From NCBI RefSeq assembly GCF_964213995.1, contig NC_135806.1, forward strand, positions 60,512,001-60,576,000: a stretch of DNA of 64,000 nucleotides. The letters are read 5' to 3'. Position numbers and translations under genes: made by a program. The first letter of the stretch is position 1, and every line of letters starts with the position of its first letter. Shown here piece by piece: positions 61,190 through 64,000 of this stretch. The stretch comes from Mustelus asterias (taxonomy: Eukaryota). The notes under the pieces are model-generated. The model ran no database searches. It had not been told where the DNA came from and saw nothing but the letters and a program-made list of their open reading frames with translations.

Positions 61190-61850
61190 ATTAGGTCAGG
61201 CGTTCGAGGATTTTGATCCAGCAACAAAGAGCTCCAAGTCAGAATAGTGTGTGGCTTGAAGGGGAACATGCAGGTGTTCCCCATGCATCTGCTGCCCTTG
61301 TCTTTCTCGGTTGTAGAGGAAGATGCTGTCAAAGGAACCTTGGTGAGCTACTGCAGTGCATCATGTACATAGTACACTGCTGCCACTGTGTGTTGGTGGT
61401 GGAGGGAGTGAATTAATAAGGTGATGGATGGAGTGCCTATCAAGGAGGCTGTTTAGCCCTAAATAGTGCCAATCTTCTTGGTTGTTGTTCGAGCTGCACT
61501 CATCAGGCAATTGGAGAGTTTTCCACCACATTCCGACTTGGGTCTGGTTGATGGTAAACAGGCTTTGGGGAGTCAGGATGTGAGTCACTTGTCACAGAAT
61601 TCCCAGGCTCTGACCTGTTCTTGCACCCACAGCTTTTATGCGGCTAGTCCAGTTCAGTTTCTGATCAATGGTAACCCCCAGAATGTTAATATTGGGGGGA
61701 TTCAGTGATGGCAATGCCATTGACTGTCAAGGAGAGATGATTAGATCTTGTGGAGATGGTCAATGCCTGACACCTGCATGGCACAGATGTCACTTGTTAC
61801 TTATCAACTCAAGCCTGGATGTTGTTCCAAATCTTTCTGCATGTGGGTAC
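61190..61850 (-). mobile_element. Degraded LINE family B fragment
   Basis: Homologous in reverse to the LINE portions of 31130-32230. Confidence 0.7.
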
Positions 61851-62379
61851 ATGAATGGATGCAATTTAAGAATAATTTGGTTTGCCTGAAATAATCTGTT
61901 TCCTCATGTCATTATTTAAATCAGCCGCATCATTTGCACCTATGGACTGGTTTTACCGGTAGTGTTTAAATAGTGACACACAGGTACTAACTTGCTACTG
62001 ACAAAGTAACTGACACAGCAAAAGATTCAATTTACATCAACAACAGCAATGTATGTAAACTAATTATCCATTCACTGTGAGTAGGAAATACAAATGCTGA
62101 GACAGGACTGTGACCATTAGATACTCTGGGAAGTTGAACCAGAATTTGTCAAAGTGTCTGTCTGGCAAGAAACCTGGTGTGGAGCTCTCCACTTCAGGAC
62201 CCCTGGCACGGGACCTTGGCAGTTGCACCAGAAAACGCTCTTTGAGGGCATCAGAATTTTGTAGTGAAGAATGTGAATTCCTGTAAGTGATTGCAGCAGG
62301 CAAGAGCTTGTTTCTAAATGTGTATGACCACTCTTCTAGGTTTAAGCATTCAGGACATTCACCAGGGAACAAGTAAGAT

Positions 62380-62640
62380 TGGAACAAAAACAGAAAGTGC
62401 TGGAAAAACTCAGCAGGTCGGGCAGCATCTGTGGAGAGAGAATGGAGCCAACATTCTGAGTCTGGATGACCTTTCGTCAGAGCCAAAGACAAAGAAAATC
62501 AGACGAGATCTATACTGTGAGAGTAGTGGGGGGATGTGGGTTGTAATTGGACAAGGGGAATGTAAATGGTGATGATAAAGGCTGAGGAAGGTGTTAAAAG
62601 CATCCATTAGGATCTCGGAACGTATGAATGGCAGAATAGA
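62380..62640 (-). mobile_element. Penelope-derived pLTR fragment with degenerate hammerhead core
   Basis: Minus strand CTGACGAAAGGTCATCCAGACTC...CCACAGATGCTGCCCGACCTGCTGAG. Confidence 0.65.
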
Positions 62641-62877
62641 GGTATAGATTGTCAGAGGACAACCTGAGAAATGTGGCAGTTGGCCCTGCGGGCTGGGATA
62701 TGCGGGGGTGGCCGGGGGGATGGGGGCGGAGGGGGGGCAGTGGTTGGAAGCCAAGGTGGAGAGCGAGATTACGTAAATGGAACAAAAAAGTGAAATGCAG
62801 CTGACCCATCACCCTAATAATTAGAAAGTATTTAGGAAGATATTGGAAATAAGACCTTTAACTCTCTCTTTCCACAG

Positions 62878-63128
62878 ATGGCCGAGAAAATGGAGCCAGT
62901 GTCCCCTGACCAAGGACAGTCCCAATGTTCAATGATGAACCCTGCAAGCCCTCCCCATGCTGTAAGTGACAGGGGGAGGTCCTCATCGGCAGACAAGCCA
63001 TGCCAGTCAGACAAGGGCACCCTGGAGGAATGTTGCAGTGGAGGTCAGCAGCCTTGGGGTCATTCAGTAAACCTGGCTACAATGCTGCAAGAAGCTCAAT
63101 GACCTTTAGATCCCTGCAAGAGTGAGTA
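62878..63128 (+). pseudogene. Harbinger Myb/SANT-like exon relic
   Basis: PMFND..., WRNVAVEVS, WLQCCKKLNDL followed by a GTGAGT donor. Confidence 0.6.
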
Positions 63129-63342
63129 TATCACCATTCTGGAAATGGATACAGATGGAAGGGTTTTAACGTGGGTGCATTATGGGGTTGTCTTGTGTGT
63201 ATGGCAGAATGGTGCATGCATGGCAATGGGGGTTATGAAGGGGGTAGAAACTGCTACACCTGTTAGCTGGCAAACAACAATGACAAATATGTGCTGCCAA
63301 CAAAGTGCACGCAATGGCTGTAAGTTTGAAGGGATGACTGTA

Positions 63343-63660
63343 GGCGGCATGGTGGCACAGTGGTTAGCACTGCTACCTCACAGTGCTGATGACGCGGGTT
63401 CAATTCCAGGCTTGGGTCACTGCCTGTGTGGAATTTGCATGGTCTCCCTGTGTCTGCATGGGTTTCCTCCGGGTGCTCCAGCTTCCTCACACACTCCAAA
63501 GATGTGCTGGTTAGGTGGATTAGCCATGCTAAATTGTCCCTTAGTGTCAGAGGACTAGCTAGGGTAAATGCATGCGGTTATGGGGATAGGGCCTGGGTGG
63601 GATTGTGGTCGGTGCAGACTCAATGGGCCAAATGGCACTGTAAGATTCTATGATTCTATG
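63343..63660 (+). mobile_element. HE1-type V-SINE
   Basis: Full structure. Confidence 0.9.
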
Positions 63661-63661
63661 G

Positions 63662-63965
63662 TCACATACCAACCAACTCGAGAACAGCTTCTTCCCTGCT
63701 GCCAACAGACTTTTGAATGGACCTTCCATATATTAAGTTGATCTTTCTCTACACCCTAGCTATGACTGCAACACTTTCTGCACTCTCTCCTTTACTTAGA
63801 ACAAAGAACAAAGAAAATTACAGCACAGGAACAGGCTCTTCGGCCCTCCAAGCCTTCTCCCCATGTACTCCAAGAATGGTATGCTTTGTCCGTATAGCAC
63901 GCAAGAAACAATATTTTTCACTGTATCCCAATACATGTGACAATAATAAATCAAATCAAATCAAA
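63662..63965 (+). mobile_element. Rex1/Babar-like LINE 3' end containing a short antisense CR1 tail (about 63798-63856)
   Basis: TNQLENSFFPAANRLLN C-terminal motif; GTGACAATAATAAA and (TCAAA)n end. Confidence 0.7.
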
Positions 63966-64000
63966 AACATGTCCCAATGACACACGTGGTTGCAATGAGA

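Overview
This is a eukaryotic, repeat-dominated non-coding region, very probably from a shark or ray, as judged by HE1-type V-SINEs, HER1/CR1 LINEs and shark-type Penelope ends. I could not support any host exon. The dominant features are two almost identical, intact 4,720-bp Ty3/Gypsy (Mag-like) LTR retrotransposons in opposite orientation (162-4881 minus; 37234-41953 plus). Each has 294-bp LTRs, its own 5-bp TSD and a single 1345-aa gag-pol ORF. Both copies share two unusual traits: a YLDN reverse-transcriptase motif instead of YxDD, and no tRNA primer-binding site. In the PBS position is a 14-nt sequence perfectly complementary to the LTR's own ATTAAA region, a candidate for self-priming or poly(A) occlusion. 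The rest is a layered record of older elements: CR1 and L2/CR1-group LINEs, Penelope elements (one with a hammerhead ribozyme, one a mini hairpin insertion), several SINE families, PIF/Harbinger relics and MITEs, an old Gypsy element and a solo LTR, often nested. All comparisons were made by eye, so the boundaries of old repeats are approximate.
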